Below are positions 1 through 13,919 of a DNA stretch of 64,000 nucleotides, piece by piece. Each line of letters begins with the position of its first letter. The first letter of the stretch is position 1. The notes beneath the pieces are model-generated. The model saw only the letters and a list, made by a program, of their open reading frames with translations, was not told where the DNA came from and made no database searches. The position numbers and the translations under genes are program-made. The stretch is from Lama glama (lineage: Eukaryota), in contig CM052816.1 in the NCBI GenBank assembly GCA_028534125.1, positions 42,596,001-42,660,000 on the forward strand. Direction: 5' to 3'.

Positions 1-587
1 ATTTCTAGATACACATTTTTTTTTTAAATAAAAACTTAAATGGGATGGAAAACTTCTTAGAGATGTTTCCCAACCTCATTTATAGCACCCTATAATAATA
101 ACTAGCATTCATTATGACACAGACATGTTTTTGGAATCACTAAAAAAAGATTAAATTTTATGATCAGTATAATTTTGCTTTAAAGCATATTTTCAATGAA
201 ATTGTTTTTGGAGATCAAAATCCCTGAATGTTATTTATCATACTATCCACCCAAGATTTCTTACATTCATTCATGACATGCACTATTCTTTGCTGCCACT
301 GGGTGGTGCTCCAACCACAGTGTCTCCACCTGAGCCTCAGGAACCTGTTCCATACATGGTCCTAGGTTCGGCCCCACACTGGACAAGGTCAGTGTTGAAT
401 GAAATCACACTGTGTGAAGTATGTTTCTAAGCCAAATAAAGTTTACACAGAACCCCAGAGAGGATGACAACTGTAAAACACTCTATTCAGGAAAGCAGTG
501 GTAAGGAAATAACTAAGGCAGGTGGGGTACTAGTAATGGACCCAGTCTTTCCTCCTGGAAATGGCCTCAACAGTGAGTTAATCCCCA

Positions 588-730
588 GGGGGGAAGGTAT
601 AGCTCAGTAGTAGAGTGTCCGTAGCCTGCACAATCCCCAGTACCTCTATTAAAATAAATAAATAAATAAATAACCTAATTACCTACCTCCCCCATGCAAA
701 AAAAAAAAAATTTTTTTTTAATTAAAAAAT
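588..730 (+). mobile_element. tRNA-derived SINE (camelid Vic-type), internally deleted
   Basis: Head GGGGGAAGGTATAGCTCAGTAGTAGAG (Pol III A box), then ..AATCCCCAGTACCTC, (AAAT)n-ACCTAATTACC and an A-rich tail. Diverged TSD AGTGAGTTAATCCCC (572-586) / AGTAACTTAATCCCC (731-745). Same family as 44018-44139 and 49683-49796. Confidence 0.85.
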
Positions 731-2106
731 AGTAACTTAATCCCCCATTGCAGAGGCTGGCCCAGAGATGCTGAAAGGTGAGGCCACAACCCAGCTCACA
801 CAGGTATCTTCCAGGACCTACCACCACCACAGCCTAGCCAACATGTGCACTACAGGGAGAAGGTCTAGCGGGAGGGCCGATGTGGAGGCCTGAGGTCTGG
901 GCTGGCCCTGCTCTGCCCTGGTTTTTGCCCTGTGATGAGGCCAGATTTCCCCAATCTATGAACAACACTTCTCTCCCCATTTCCTGAAGTTCTTTCAGTT
1001 ACATTCACCTTCCCAAGTAAGTTTTAAGCCACTTTCCAAAAGAAAGACATGGACATATCAGCTTCAAATCTCCATATCTAGGTCCATTTAAAAACAGGTC
1101 AGGGTGTGTGATACACTCACAGATGCTACAGTGCCGCAGAAAAACATGCAAAACGTGTAGGCCAGGGTACTAGAAAGGTTTCATGACAGAGGTGGCACTT
1201 AGAATGAGAGAGCTGTAATATTTGAAGGGAGAAAGGGTCTTGGAAAACATCTGGGCATTTCAAATCATTCCTCAGTGTCCTTGGGGTTCAGAGAGACACC
1301 GTGGGAGCCACCCTGGAGGTTAAGGAAGGAGGAGTTCTGGCCCACTGCTCCCATTTCAGCCCAGACCGCTCCAGTCTGGTGGGGCCCTGCACAAGCTGTG
1401 TTTGAACTACCTTTTTCTACTCTTTCTTTCTTTTCTTTTCTTTTCTTTTCTTTTTTTTTGTCTTTCTTTCTGTTTGTTTTGTTTTGTTTAAGTTGAAACC
1501 ACTGACCTAGTCCAAACTGTTTGTTTTACAGATGAGAACACAGAGGCACAATGGGGACTCTCCCAGAGTCACACACGGTAGGGAACATTTTGGATATGTT
1601 GAAGAAGGGAGAACAGGGTGTCCCCATGGGACCAAGAAAGAACCACAGCTCATCTGAGCCACAGGTTAGAGAAGCATGTTTGTCAAACCACGTGAAACTG
1701 AAAGCAGTTTGTATCTTCTCTTACCAGAGATACAGACAGGGAGCCTCAGAGGCAACACATATTTAATACCTACAAAACCCCAAACCATACTCATAGAACT
1801 TGAAAGTAACTGAATCCTTATTTTCATCATCCAGGTAATTGTATTTTCTTTTTCCATCTGTTCACTTACTGTCTTAAAGCTATTTGTTACTCTTTGTCAA
1901 AATGCATGAAGAAGGCAGAACTCCCGCCAGGGGTCAATCACTGGCTCTGAACCCAGGCTCGACAAAGGACACACTGGTAGATGTTTGACAAAAAATCCTA
2001 TTTCATAAAATGTTTACTCTCTCACCAACTTCTCTTTCACCTTATTTTGCAAAGTGTGGAATTAGCTTCAGACTAGTTTAAGAGCTTGAGTGAAGATGTG
2101 AGTTGG

Positions 2107-2375
2107 CTATGGGGTGGGTAGGAATAAACTGGGAATTTGGGGTTTGCGGATAATAACTACTATATATAAAATAGATAAACAACAAAGTCCTACTGTATGT
2201 ATAGCACAGAGAACTATATTCATACCTTGTAATGACCTATAATGAAAAAAACATGAAAAGAATATATACACACACACACACACATATATATATAAATCAC
2301 TATGCTGTACACCAGAAATTAACACATTGTAAATCAACTATACTACAATTTAAAAAAAAGAAAAGGAAAGAAAAA
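2107..2375 (+). mobile_element. 5'-truncated L1 (3' UTR plus poly-A)
   Basis: L1 3' end (TATATAAAATAGATAAACAACAAAG..CTATGCTGTACACCAGAAATTAACACATTGTAAATCAACTATAC) with A-rich tail. Perfect 14-bp TSD AAGATGTGAGTTGG at 2093-2106 and 2376-2389. Confidence 0.92.
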
Positions 2376-2516
2376 AAGATGTGAGTTGGGAAAACCGAGG
2401 GTCAGCATGAAGAGATTAACTCTTTAAAAGTGGTGAGAAATCTATAATCTAGGTCACAAGGAAAAGGACCCTGTTGCTTTTCTACTCCACAAGTAAAGAG
2501 AAAACAGAAGATGCCC

Positions 2517-3080
2517 TATCAGATAACTGCTGTATTTAGCTGAAAGAAATCCACCTCAAACCAACCTAAGCAAAAAGGAGAATTTACAAGCCTGGGCAAT
2601 GGAAAAATGCAGGAGTGGATCCACTCAACCAGAGACAGGTGCTCACACAGAGTCACCAGGCATTTCTTGCTCCCTCTCATCTCCACTGTATTCTGATCAA
2701 CTCCATCCTCACTCAGGCTCTCCTGGAGAGAAGGCAAAACTCCAACAGTTGCAGACATACAAACTTAAAGCCCTAGGAATAGAGCACCTGCCCAGAGGCT
2801 CCAGGTACCGGGAGTTGCATCTCACTGGCTTGGACTGTATCATGTGCCCCTCCTTGAACATACTGGCTTGATTCTAATTGGTCAGCCTGTGTCACGTGTC
2901 TGCCCCTGGCATTGGGAATTAAGAACTTACCGGAGGTCACATCCTGCTAGAACTGAGTCTTAAAGGATGGAACCAGCACCAAGGGCTAAGAGTAGGGGAG
3001 GGGTGGTTCCCAAAAAGAAAAGATAGGTTCTTTGCTGGAAGAAGGGGTGTTGAGCTGGCAGAAACCACAGCTGTGTACCC
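2517..3080 (-). mobile_element. Old MaLR (MLT1-like) LTR remnant
   Basis: Recalled MLT1-like motifs (AGAAATCCACCTCAAACCAACCTAAGCAAAAAGGAGAATTTA; GATTCTAATTGGTCAGCCTGTGTCACGTG). Boundaries approximate. Confidence 0.5.
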
Positions 3081-3599
3081 GCCTCATCGGGCCAGGTCTG
3101 GTGCTCTCTGCTGATCTGATAATGCATACCTGACACGTTGGTGGGCTGGAGAGCATTTAAATAATAGAAACTATTAGCTAAGCTAGCCTGCCCACTCACT
3201 TACATATTTATTAAGTAAATGTTTGTTTGCAGTAAGCCACAAACTTGGACGGAGCACATGTAGGGAGTGTTACTGGGTAGACTGGCTTCCAGGAGCCACT
3301 GTTGTCAGGAAGCACTGCAGGCTTCTAACTGGCCAAGCCCCCAGGGTCTTTTTTTTTTTTTTCTCCCCAGAAACAAGATTTGCTTCTTCATTAAAACTAG
3401 AGATACACCAAGGACTAGGAAAATGTCAAAGATTTGGAAGTCTTACCGTTTTCTTATGGTCATTATTCCTAGTCATCGCCCTTTTCACATTACTAAACTT
3501 AGGCGATTCCTGAATGTTCTTGAATTTCTGTCTCCTCTTTCATGCAGGAAATCAGACTCCCAGTATCTCTCTCCCACCCCTGTGTATCAGTGGTACCAG

Positions 3600-3850
3600 C
3601 TACCCCTTACCACCAGAGCACTTATTATGGGCCAGGCACCACAGAAAACACTTCAGGACAGCATCTCATGTAATCCTCACCTCTCCTCTGAGGGAGGTTC
3701 CAAAATCACCCAATCTAATACCGTCCACCAAAAAGGAAACTTGGGACTGGAGAGATGAAGTCACTTGCCTGAATTCACATGGCCAGCCAGTGGGGCCAAG
3801 GGACTGGAACTAGGTCTGCCTGAGCCTGAAGTCCTGCTCTCCACCTCTAC
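3600..3850. mobile_element. MIR SINE remnant
   Basis: MIR-like core (GAGCACTTATTATGGGCCAGGCAC..GGAAACTTGGGACTGGAGAGATGAAGTCACTTGCC..GGACTGGAACTAGGTCTGCCTGA). Similar remnants at ~17520-17690, ~41090-41280 and ~48600-49100. Confidence 0.6.
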
Positions 3851-6800
3851 ACACTGTTCCCCAGGGACTTTTGCTTCAGGAAGTCCTTTTCCAGCATGGA
3901 AGCCCATAGGCACAGAATGACAAGAACAAACAAGGGTGTAAAGGAAGAGCCCTCAGGACCCCACAGGGACATAGGAAGCCCACTGGCACCTCCGATGACC
4001 ACAGGGCTGAGTGATTTCAATCTTGACATCTGGCAACACATCCTCTCCAACCAACATACACAGAGGAGGTTATAACAGGGGTTTTCTTCATGCATTACCC
4101 CAACTAGTACCTAACCAGAATCCTCTGTCACCTCTATTTTATGTAGTTGCATGTTTCTCAAACTTCTTTCATCCATGTCTTCTTCTGATAAATGCAAAAT
4201 TCTGCTACCACTACCCCCAATGCTGGCCTGGTCCCCAGTGGTCTCTTCCCTCCTGTTCTGTCTTCTGCATTTGCTCATGTCATCAGCCAAAGGAGTTTGC
4301 CAAACTTCACTTCCTGTTGTTTGAATTACAAACAAAATCTCCTTTTTTATTTTCCATACATAAAATTATGATGTAATATTGAATACAATTTTCAGAATGC
4401 ACCCAGACATATTTAAAATATTTAACAGCTCAGATGACATGGGCTCCAACCAATCAGAACCACTGCTGGTCCTTACGGCATACCAGCGAATACCAGCAGA
4501 ACATAACTGAAGTAGGTCTAGTTTGCCACAGAACTCCACTAGGTGAAAAGGAAACAAAAACGGAGATCGCATAATTCTCTCTCTCCTTTCTTCTATGTAA
4601 ACCTTTCTTCCTAACCAGTTTCTTCCTGCACAAGGGATGAAATGATCAGAGAGGTGTGTTACTGTGTCAGAATGAGGCTCTATGGTCCATTAAGTTGTGT
4701 CGTCCATGAAGTCCATTATGGTGGCATCGCCCTACTGCTCATCTCAGTGCTCAACTATTAGGAAACTCAGCAGCCACCCACTTATTCCACCCAAGGGAAT
4801 TTCCATTTGCTTTTCAAGCCATGATGGGGTGAGGCACTGGGTTTCATAATCCTTGTACGTGGATCCAGACCCAGAAGACGAAGCCACACCCAAACTTGAA
4901 CATTTCTGAACTTGCCTGTGTTAGAAGGGGATGTGTCAGGAGCTTACAGGATCTGTGCAAGGCTTACAGTGCAGAGCCTGCAGGGCGATGTCAAAAGGAA
5001 GGAATACCGCTCAACTCAGGAAAACAGCAGCAGAGCCCAAAAGAGTCAGGAGGAAGGTGAAAAGTATCAGGGACATCATGCAGCAATAGAAAAGACTTAT
5101 TAAGTGCATAGGAAGCACCCTGTGCTGATTCCCAGAAATAAATGGAAGGTCTTTACAAGGACGGCAGTTCCCCACTGGCAGATTCGGAGGAAGCGAAACA
5201 GCAACAGTGGAGCAAGTGCTATACTTTTGTTCAAAAAAAAAAAAGATATATTCAATTCAGTTAGATTTCATGGAGAGCCTGTGAGTAAGCACTGTGGGGA
5301 AGGTAAATGGGAGTTTTCCTCTTCCAGGCCCCGCTGCAGGCACATTAGGGGAGGTTAGTCAAGGGACTTCGGGGATTCAGAGGAGGGAGAAACTGAACGA
5401 TCAGCCCTTCAGGTCTCCTTAGGATCCCTCAAATCTCCAATGCTCAGACTGGGAGAGCCCCAAAGCTCCTCAATATTAACGTTCCCTGGGGCTTAATCTC
5501 TCTTGGTCCTCTAACTTAAGGCTCCCGAGGCCCCTCCGGTCGTCTCTGCAACACTGTGGCTCTCCATCCCTCTCTGAGTTCCCTGAGTTCTCTGAAAGAA
5601 TACACGCAACAAGGAGAGTCATTGTATCAGTCCTCTGGACTGAAACAACCCGAAACTCCAACCTCAGGAAACTAGTTACATGTATTACAGTCCATTCATA
5701 AAATGGAATGCTAAGTAGCATCATAAAGATGACCTGGAGCTACATATACTCTAGATAAACTGTTATGTGACCACAGTAAGGGCAGAATATGCTACAGCTT
5801 AAGAAAAAATACATGAACAACCATCTTTAGAAATAAGAACTGGGGAACCAGGTAACCGTGGTTGCACTTGGAGAAAGGAACTTGAGGCCAGGAGTAAGAG
5901 AAAAGTATGTCTTTTTATATGATGTGGTAACAGTGAACCAGAGTTACTTTAAAACATTTCTAAGAGGAAGGAGGGGGAAGAGAAGCCAGCCACATGGAAG
6001 CATCAGGGAACAAGTTTCAACTCCTCTGAGGGCGTCCTGGAGGAGGCACAGGAGGACTTTGTAGCCACCCCCACCGACAACTGCAGAGGTTTCCGGTCCC
6101 CGGTCTGTTTTTGAACTCCTCCTGCCAGGAGCTCCTCTGCCTGCCTCCCCCATCACACCCTGGACTCTGCTGGCTCAGGTCATGCCTTCTTTCTCCACAC
6201 TCCAAACTCCAGTTTTACCCACTCCTTTAAAGCCACTGGATGGAACTCCCTTCCTCAATGAATTACCAATAAATCTGCATGTGGTGGGAATCACTCCGCT
6301 ACCCTAGAGCATAAGAATTGCCACATTTCTTAATTTCTCAAAAGAAAATGAACTCTAGCTCAGTCCCAGCCACCCTGCCCCTGCCCCTCTTTTGGGATCG
6401 GCAAGGACCTCTAGGACTCTAGAGTTTCCGGGATCCAGGAACACTGGGTAGGGGCCTTGGGTGCATCATGGGAGGCAGCAAGCTGTCTGTTGTCCAGCCC
6501 CCAGCTCCACCTGCAGGATTGCTGGTGGCCTCCACTCGCTCAGGCCAGGCCAGCCCCCCAGGTCCTGAGACGCAGTGCTCACAGCCTCAGTCACTTGATC
6601 CACTGTGGGTGTATCAAAGCTCAGGTTGCTGGATGGTGAGAGGCACACAGGTTCCCCTACTCAAGTCCCACCACCCCGTAAGTGACCTCACTTACCTCCC
6701 CCGCCTCAAAGCCTAGTCCTCAGCCCCTCACTCTCTCCAGTTCCTCCATACGTTTCAGAACTAATATCTGAATTCTAAAACACAGAAGCGCTGGCACTGG

Positions 6801-9800
6801 CCCCTTCCCCATCCAAGACAAGGGAATCTGGGAGCTCAGGACACAGAGGCCTACTCATTCTTCTTGTGAGGAGGGAGAGGAAGTTACCTGCACCACGAGA
6901 AACTCCACACACAAATTATCAGCCCACTACTCTGCTGTACCCGCCTCTCAATAAATTTGTGTGCTTTTTAAGGGAAAATACTTTCCCTAAATACATGGAG
7001 ATATTTTCAAAGAGTGGCAAGGGCATTCCTTAGCCAGCATGCCTGAGACCCTGTTTCCTGGAATTAATGTCACAGGAGATTAACGTTCACAATAAAACAA
7101 CACCTCACAGGCACAGAAGCTTCCCCAGTTTTGCAGGTGAGCCTAAGCACAAACGGCATTCCCTGCCTCCCGTCAAGGACAGAGAGGACACCTTCGGGTG
7201 GGCCTTCCTCTGAGGAAAGACGGTCTTTGTTTGGTGGGAGCATGAACCCCAGGGGTTGTGAGTCAGTTGATTTTGGGGTGGGGTCCAGGCAGGTATTTTT
7301 AAATCTCCCCAGGTGCAACTCTCATGCAGACAGGACTGAAAGCTCATTCCATACAAACCTAAGGCTTCCCATTCCCCCAGGGCTATGAACTGGTTTCCCA
7401 GCCTCAATCTCCATCTCCCCATCGTGCCTCCAGAGATAAACCTCCTTTGGGTGTTTTCAGAGTTTTCATACCCTACACGGCCTCCAGGACAACACTCTCA
7501 GATGCCAGAGTCCCCTTCTCGGGTTAGGGGTCTTTCTCCTCTGCATCTCCCTTATGGGACCCCAGATATTGAAAGTGGAGCCCCCAGTCACCCCTCATTA
7601 GGATAGAGAGCGGGATGGCTGGCACTCTCCCAACCAGCTGAGGCCCTTGGCCTTGGTAGCCAGAGGGGATGTGGGAGAACTCGGCAGTGATCAAGGGCCA
7701 CAGCAAACTCTGGGGAAGCTGCAAATTGGTGGTCCAGGGTTTCTACAGCTGCACTGTGCACCCCATTTCCCTCACTAGCACAGCCTGGATGCTGCTCTCC
7801 CCTCATCCACAGAGACAGACAAGCCCTTCATCTCTCTGCCCTTCCTTCACCAGTGTCACCAGATGGGAGTTCAACAACTGCTTGCCTGCTACTGAGACAA
7901 TAGACCGGTTATTCCTGGAGCAGTGACACCTGAGCAAGGGCTCCCAGTCAGTCAGGCTGGATAAGAACGGAGATTTCACTCAAGGTGGCGTGTCAGTCCT
8001 ATAGTAAATGGACAGGCCTGGGCCGGTGGCGGGCCCCCTGACCTCGCCTAATAAGCATCGTCTGCACCAACATTTCTAAGCTTAGTGCTTGGAAAGACAC
8101 CTTTCCCCTGAATTCTAGTAGAGGCCAAACGACTGACTTGTAGCCCTCCCCTGTTCTCAGCCTGCCACGGACCTGACGGGTCTCAGGAACCCACTTACAG
8201 TCAGGCGGTGCTCCCCTGGAGTGCGAGGAAGACGTCGAAGGCTGGGTCTCTGAGCCAAGATTCATTTGTTCCTTCCTCCAGGGTGACAGTTTCACACTGA
8301 GAAAATGCCCTCAGTTTCTGATCATCTGCTGTTTCTATCCCATGCAGACTGGCCTCTGCTGCCGCCTGTCCCTGTGTGCTGGCCCACGTCGCAAAGCTAC
8401 GGGGCCATCTAGGCTCTAGTGCTCAGGCATCACCAGCCACGGGGAGAAGCTGTCTTCTCCAAAAATAGTTCAATTTTTTCCTTTTTTTTTTTTTTAACAA
8501 CTTGCAGTCCTAAGGGGAAGCCCCAAAATTTCATCTTCTCTTAGAGAAGAAATGTAGAGAAATTACTTCAGCAACCTCGAGACGGCTTCTTCCCTCCCAC
8601 TGCCCTGTGGCTGCTGAGGGGTCAGGATTTTCGAGATGGACTTTCAAGCGCTCTGGTTGTCCCCACAGCTGTGGAAGTGAGAACTCGGGCCTGGCGTGGC
8701 CACCAAGTTGTCCGTTCCCTGCCTCTTCTGTGACCCTCTGCTGGTGAGCTCCTGGCAAGGCCGCCTTGTGAACTGGGCATGTGTCACCTCATGTCTGTAT
8801 GCCTGCCTTCCGATTCTTCAATTTCTCAGGACAGTATCAAGAGTTAATTATGTAGTTTTTATTTTTGGTCTTTATGCCCCCCCTTTTTTCCTTACCCTCA
8901 GTTATTACTCATAATACATGAATACTTCTTTACTGTACAAGCTTTAAACCATAGAGAAGTCTATGGAGCAAAGCTGAAAGCTGGCACCATCCTCTCCACG
9001 GCCGCTCTCCTCCTGAGGCCACCCTGCCCACAGTTTGCTGTACAGCCTTCCAGCCCCCTTCCCCGGCATTTGCATCATAAACAGTATGTGTTTCCATGCA
9101 CATATACTGTTTTCTATTTTTCATTTTTTAAGATATAGATATATTTTGCAACTTTTAAAAACTGCCACATTTTTCACTTGGAAATCTTTCATGCTATATA
9201 GGATATATAGATACATCTCATTCATATACAAACATACACATATACATAGTACCCACATACCCTACATTTTTCTACTCAGAGGAGACTGTCCTATATACAT
9301 GCTTCTGCACTTTGATTTTTAGACTCTAGAAACGTCAGCACATAGAGAGAGATACACATTAACAACTGTATCCTCGTCCATCATTTGGATGTGCCACAAT
9401 GCATTCATCAGAAGCCCACTGAACAGCATTTATCTATCTTTAATTGAACTTCCTACCTGTGGAGGAATCATGAAATCTGAGAGTTGCGAAGTGGGAAAAG
9501 GACGTTGGATAGAAGAAATGGGAGGGTGTGTCCTCTTGATCTATCTCCTGACACTTGTGGTAATGTGGTTCCATAGTTACTGTCAGCTCAGATCTTTATT
9601 TTCCAGTCTCAGTTTCTTTCAGTTTTACCTTAAGCACTTTGGACAAGTCATTTCAAATGACAGCTCTTTACACTTGTGCCCAGCGACTGTCTCTGGGTGG
9701 GACAAGCTGTCTTTTTCCATTAAAGATGCTCTGTCGCTGAGTGATTCATTTCCTTTGAATGTCTCAGCTCACATGTGAGGAATTTTTCGCACAACCAGGT

Positions 9801-10167
9801 GTGATTGAATGTAGCTTCTACTTCTGCAAAAGGCAGGTGCTGTACACTTGGTTATCTGAAAGGATTAATTTCATGTTTTGATGCTTTGGTAGCTAACTGG
9901 TCTCAGTGATTTGCGGTCCTCTAGTACTGCCTCCCCAGGCAAACAGACTGTGTTTAGTTGTAAGGTCATTTTAGCCGAAGGAAAGTTGTGTTTCCCAAGA
10001 AATGCTTGAACTTGCTTTTTAAAAAAGCTTTTATAGTTCTGTTCAACATTTCTGATTTGTTTCAACATCGCTGCTCATATTTAGTCATCCAGCCAAGTAT
10101 CTGCCAAGTGCTTGCTACCGAGCCTGAATTTCCTGTCACTGACAGTAACTTTCTTTTTTAATTATTG

Positions 10168-10598
10168 TGTGAAGGAAAAGCCTGGCTGGGCTAACAAGCT
10201 AACTCACAAATCTAAGTGTAAGAAGTGTCAGATTACTGATCTGAGTTCTGCTGGGCTAACTTGTAAATCTGAGTTAATTATTGTTGGTTTGCTGATTCCC
10301 TGTTCATGTTTTTTTGCTAGCCAGCTGGATTTTCAAAGAGACATATCTGGCCTTGAAATGTTGGTTTGCTGCCTCCCTGCCTCTACTTTTGTGACAATGA
10401 TGTTGCTAAAGCTGTTCCATGCCTATTGGCCAAATACCCCAAGCTTGTAATTAACCCTATAAAACCTCATGCACACGTCTTGGAGGTGCTCAGAGCTTTG
10501 GAGCAGAAGCCCCTCTGAGTCCGCTGGCGTAATAAATCTGAGTACTCCAACCCTCTGAGTGGTGCTTGTTTCTTGCTGGTCTGTCATTTCCTGTAACA
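10168..10598 (+). mobile_element. ERV1-type solo LTR (family A, copy 1)
   Basis: TG...CA termini (TGTGAAGG...GTAACA), TATAAAA at 10458, AATAAA at 10531, 4-bp TSD ATTG/ACTG. Closely matches the inverted copy at 17732-18516. Confidence 0.9.
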
Positions 10599-11229
10599 AC
10601 TGTTTTTTAATCCCTGCCACTGAACCAGTTTTTCATCTTCATTTTGACATTAACCCCTCCCCACTCTCCTCTTTCACCATTTTCTCCTGGTTTCATTTGC
10701 TGTTTCAGCCTTGTGTCAGAGTCTAGAGTCCCATGTCCCTTAGGCTTCGCACTGTTGCCACCTGGCGTGCCCATCCTCAGCCCCAGAACCCTCTCTATCT
10801 TTCCCTCAAACCCCAACATTCCCCTGAAGATGTATCTCTCCTTCTAGCCAAGGTGAACCCCACTGCCTGGCCCTCTGTCCCCTACCCTCAGCTCTGTCTG
10901 TGACCGTGCTCCAGCCTCCAGCAAGCATCCTCTTTCTCACTGTATTTTCCTCCTTCTTCTGAAAAAAAGAAAAAAAGGAAAGTACTCAATGCTCCCTTAT
11001 ATTAAAGACATTTTTCTCCGTCCTGCTAAGCCATTGCCCTGTCACTTTCTCACTTCCCTTTCTCCTGCCGCAGCTCTTTAAAGGCTACTCATATTGCTTT
11101 TCTCTACTCCCTTACTGCCCAATCACTACTTTAAAATAAGTGACAAAAAAATTAAACATAAAAGTGTTACATGCACATGCTAAAGACTCAATGAAGAACG
11201 TATAATATGGGAAATTAGAAGTTCCTACT

Positions 11230-11558
11230 TGGGAGGGAAAAATGAACAAGCAGAGCACAGAGGAGTCTTAAGGCAGTGAAACCCCTCTGTAGGGCAGATA
11301 CATGTCATTGTACATTTGTCCAGACCCACAGAATGTACACTGAGGGAGCCCTAATGTACTGCGGGCTTCGGGTGATTATGATCTGTCAGTGCAGGTTTAC
11401 CAATTGTAACAAACATACTACTCTGGTGGGGGATGCTGACAATGGAGGAGGCTATGCACATTTGGGATAGGAGGTATATGGGAAATCTCTGTATCTCTCT
11501 TTCAATTTTTTACTAAACTTAAAACTGTTTTAAAAAATAAAGTCTTTTAAAAAAAAAC
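11230..11558 (+). mobile_element. L1MC-like 3' UTR fragment
   Basis: Aligns with the 3' end of the large L1 at ~46890-47209 (GCAGAGCACAGAGGA..GGGTGATTATGAT..GGAGGCTATG..AATAAAGTC) and ends in an A-tail. Confidence 0.8.
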
Positions 11559-11904
11559 TGGAAAGGTATAACTAAAGTAGGGTTTATAGTCACCCTGGGA
11601 GCAAAGGGCACAGAAAACAGGGCTCTTTTTTTCCTTGATAGAAGGCACAAGGGAACAACACTGATTCTCATATCTGCATATTGTAAACACACACACACAC
11701 ACACTAGCTCCAAATTGCCCCACCCCTTCCCATATGTAAGCTCTGAAGACCTCTAGGCTGAAGGCTGATCTGACCCTATGCTGCCCCCAGGTGACCACTT
11801 TAGCACAAGTCCTGCCCCCCCTGCAGATGGTGCTGAAGTAGCTGACTATCAAGCTCCCCCGTCGTTTGTGGGGTGAGGCCCAGGGTGCCTTGCCTTTCAT
11901 ATCA

Positions 11905-12375
11905 GTCACAAATTCCCCCAAGACTTATCTGCCTAAAATAATAGGCATTTATTATTTCATACAGTTTTTGAGGGTCAAGAATCCAGGGACAATTGTGTGG
12001 CCTAGGTTCTAGCACAAGGTTGCAGTCAGCAAGTTGGCTGAGGCTGCTCTCATCTGAAGCAGGGCTGGGGGCTCTGCTTCCAGGATGGCTCACTCAATGG
12101 CTGTTGACTGGAGGTCTCAGTTCTTTGCCTCAAGGCCCCCTCCCTGAGGCTGCTTGAGTGTCTTCATGGCATGGCAGCTGTAAGGCAGAGTAAGTGATCC
12201 AAGAGAGAGCAAGGCAGAAGCCACAATGTCTTCTAGGTCCTAGCCTCGGAAGTCACACACATCACTTCCACCATATCCTGGTGGTTCACACAGGTCAGCC
12301 CCACTCAGTGTGACAGGGAGATACACAGGACATGGATTCCTGGAGGCCAGCATCACTGGGGGCCAGCCTGGTCAG
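11905..12375 (-). mobile_element. MaLR MLT1-like LTR
   Basis: Recalled MLT1 motifs (CTGCTTCCAGGATGGCTCACTCA..GCTGCTTGAGTGTCTTCATGGCATGGCAGCTG..CTAGCCTCGGAAGTCACACACATCACTTCC). Confidence 0.75.
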
Positions 12376-13919
12376 TGCCTCCTGCAGCTTTACAACTGTA
12401 CTTCTGCCTGGTTCCTAGCATCCTACCAGTCCTCACTGGTTCCTGGCTGGCATCCTAGTTCTTCTGCCTGTTCAGCCTCAAACAGCCACCTGAACAGTGG
12501 TCATTGTGACTTTAAGTACTTTTAAATTGTCTGAAACTCTTACAGTGAGAATGTATTTTATAATTTAAAATATTTTCAAAATAAAATACTACCAACGTGA
12601 TTAAGCTACACTGCCCTCATCCGACTGCTAGTCATTTCCCTAAAGATGATTGGAGAAATTAATTAATTAATTAATTGACTGATTAATAGGGTCTTGAGTT
12701 GCTTTTCAGAAAAATAATACCTACTGCTTTTATATACTGTATTGCAGATATGTGTGTATATACATATTATAATTATATATAATATATATATTTTATATAC
12801 ATACATCTGCACACATATGTATATACATATCTTTTAATTTTATGCAAATTGATATATATCAATAATATATTCTGGCACAAGTATTTGGGAACAGTGTCTG
12901 CTCCTGGTGAGAGGATCTGAGCAGCTGGGAGACGGGGGTGAAAGAGCAACTTCCCTTTCACTGTATACTAATACCACTTTGTACTATTAGATTTTGCAGT
13001 ATGCCTTCACACTGCCTATTTAATAAATAAATCACTTAGAATTATGTATCTTGAAGATCTTTCCATACTAGCAGATACAGATATAACTCTCAATGTTTAA
13101 TGATTTCAAACTAAGTCAGTGATATAGATTACCATCATTTGTGGACTTAATTCCTTATGAGTATTTGGATCATTCTCAGGAATTAGGGCTGTGGTTGTTA
13201 TTATTACCAACAATGTCACAAGGAAAATCCTCATACATATTAATACTTTAGTAACACTTCCTTTCTTCCTGCCCCCACATCTTTCTTCTTGCACCAGCTG
13301 TACAAAGATCTTGTGACGGTTCCCTTTTGATTACTCATCCTTGCATGTGGCGAGGAGATCCATTTAAGGAGAGAACCCAGGTCAGATTCCAAGCCTTCTG
13401 GAACGTCCTTATGATCCAGGACGTGGGTGAGAGGGTCCTTCAGGCAGCAGGACAGGCAGGTGGAGATCTGTGTGCACGGCAGTCCTTCTTCTATCCCTGC
13501 CACTGGGAAGGGCTGCTTCCAGCACGAGGCTTATACGTGAGCATCCAGATTCATCCCCACCTCTTCTGCTTCTCCGTAGCAAACTGGGTGCAGAGCAGCC
13601 CCCACCACTCCTGCACCCCGTTCTGGCTGGGGCAAAAAGGAATTTGGGTTTTGCACCTCAGTGTCAGCCCATTTCCTTAAAGAGGTGAACTTGGCCAACT
13701 CTTCCTGAGATCTAAGGGTCTTGCATGTCTCTACTTCTTCTATCACTTCCGTTCTATCTCACTGCTTCTGGCATGCCTTCTGCTGACTGTGTGTAATACA
13801 TGTATATAATAACAAGCAAACAAAACGCAGCGCAAAAGGTATGCAGGAGGTATGTATGCCTCTCGTTCCTGACCTGCATTCAGTCCCCAAGTCATCCTCC
13901 AAGAGTCAGTCTCTGCTCC

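Noticed and set aside
1..10000. Orthologue of the human lncRNA upstream of GLRX (LINC01554)
   Set aside because: Synteny makes it possible, but I cannot identify exons or homology from the sequence alone.
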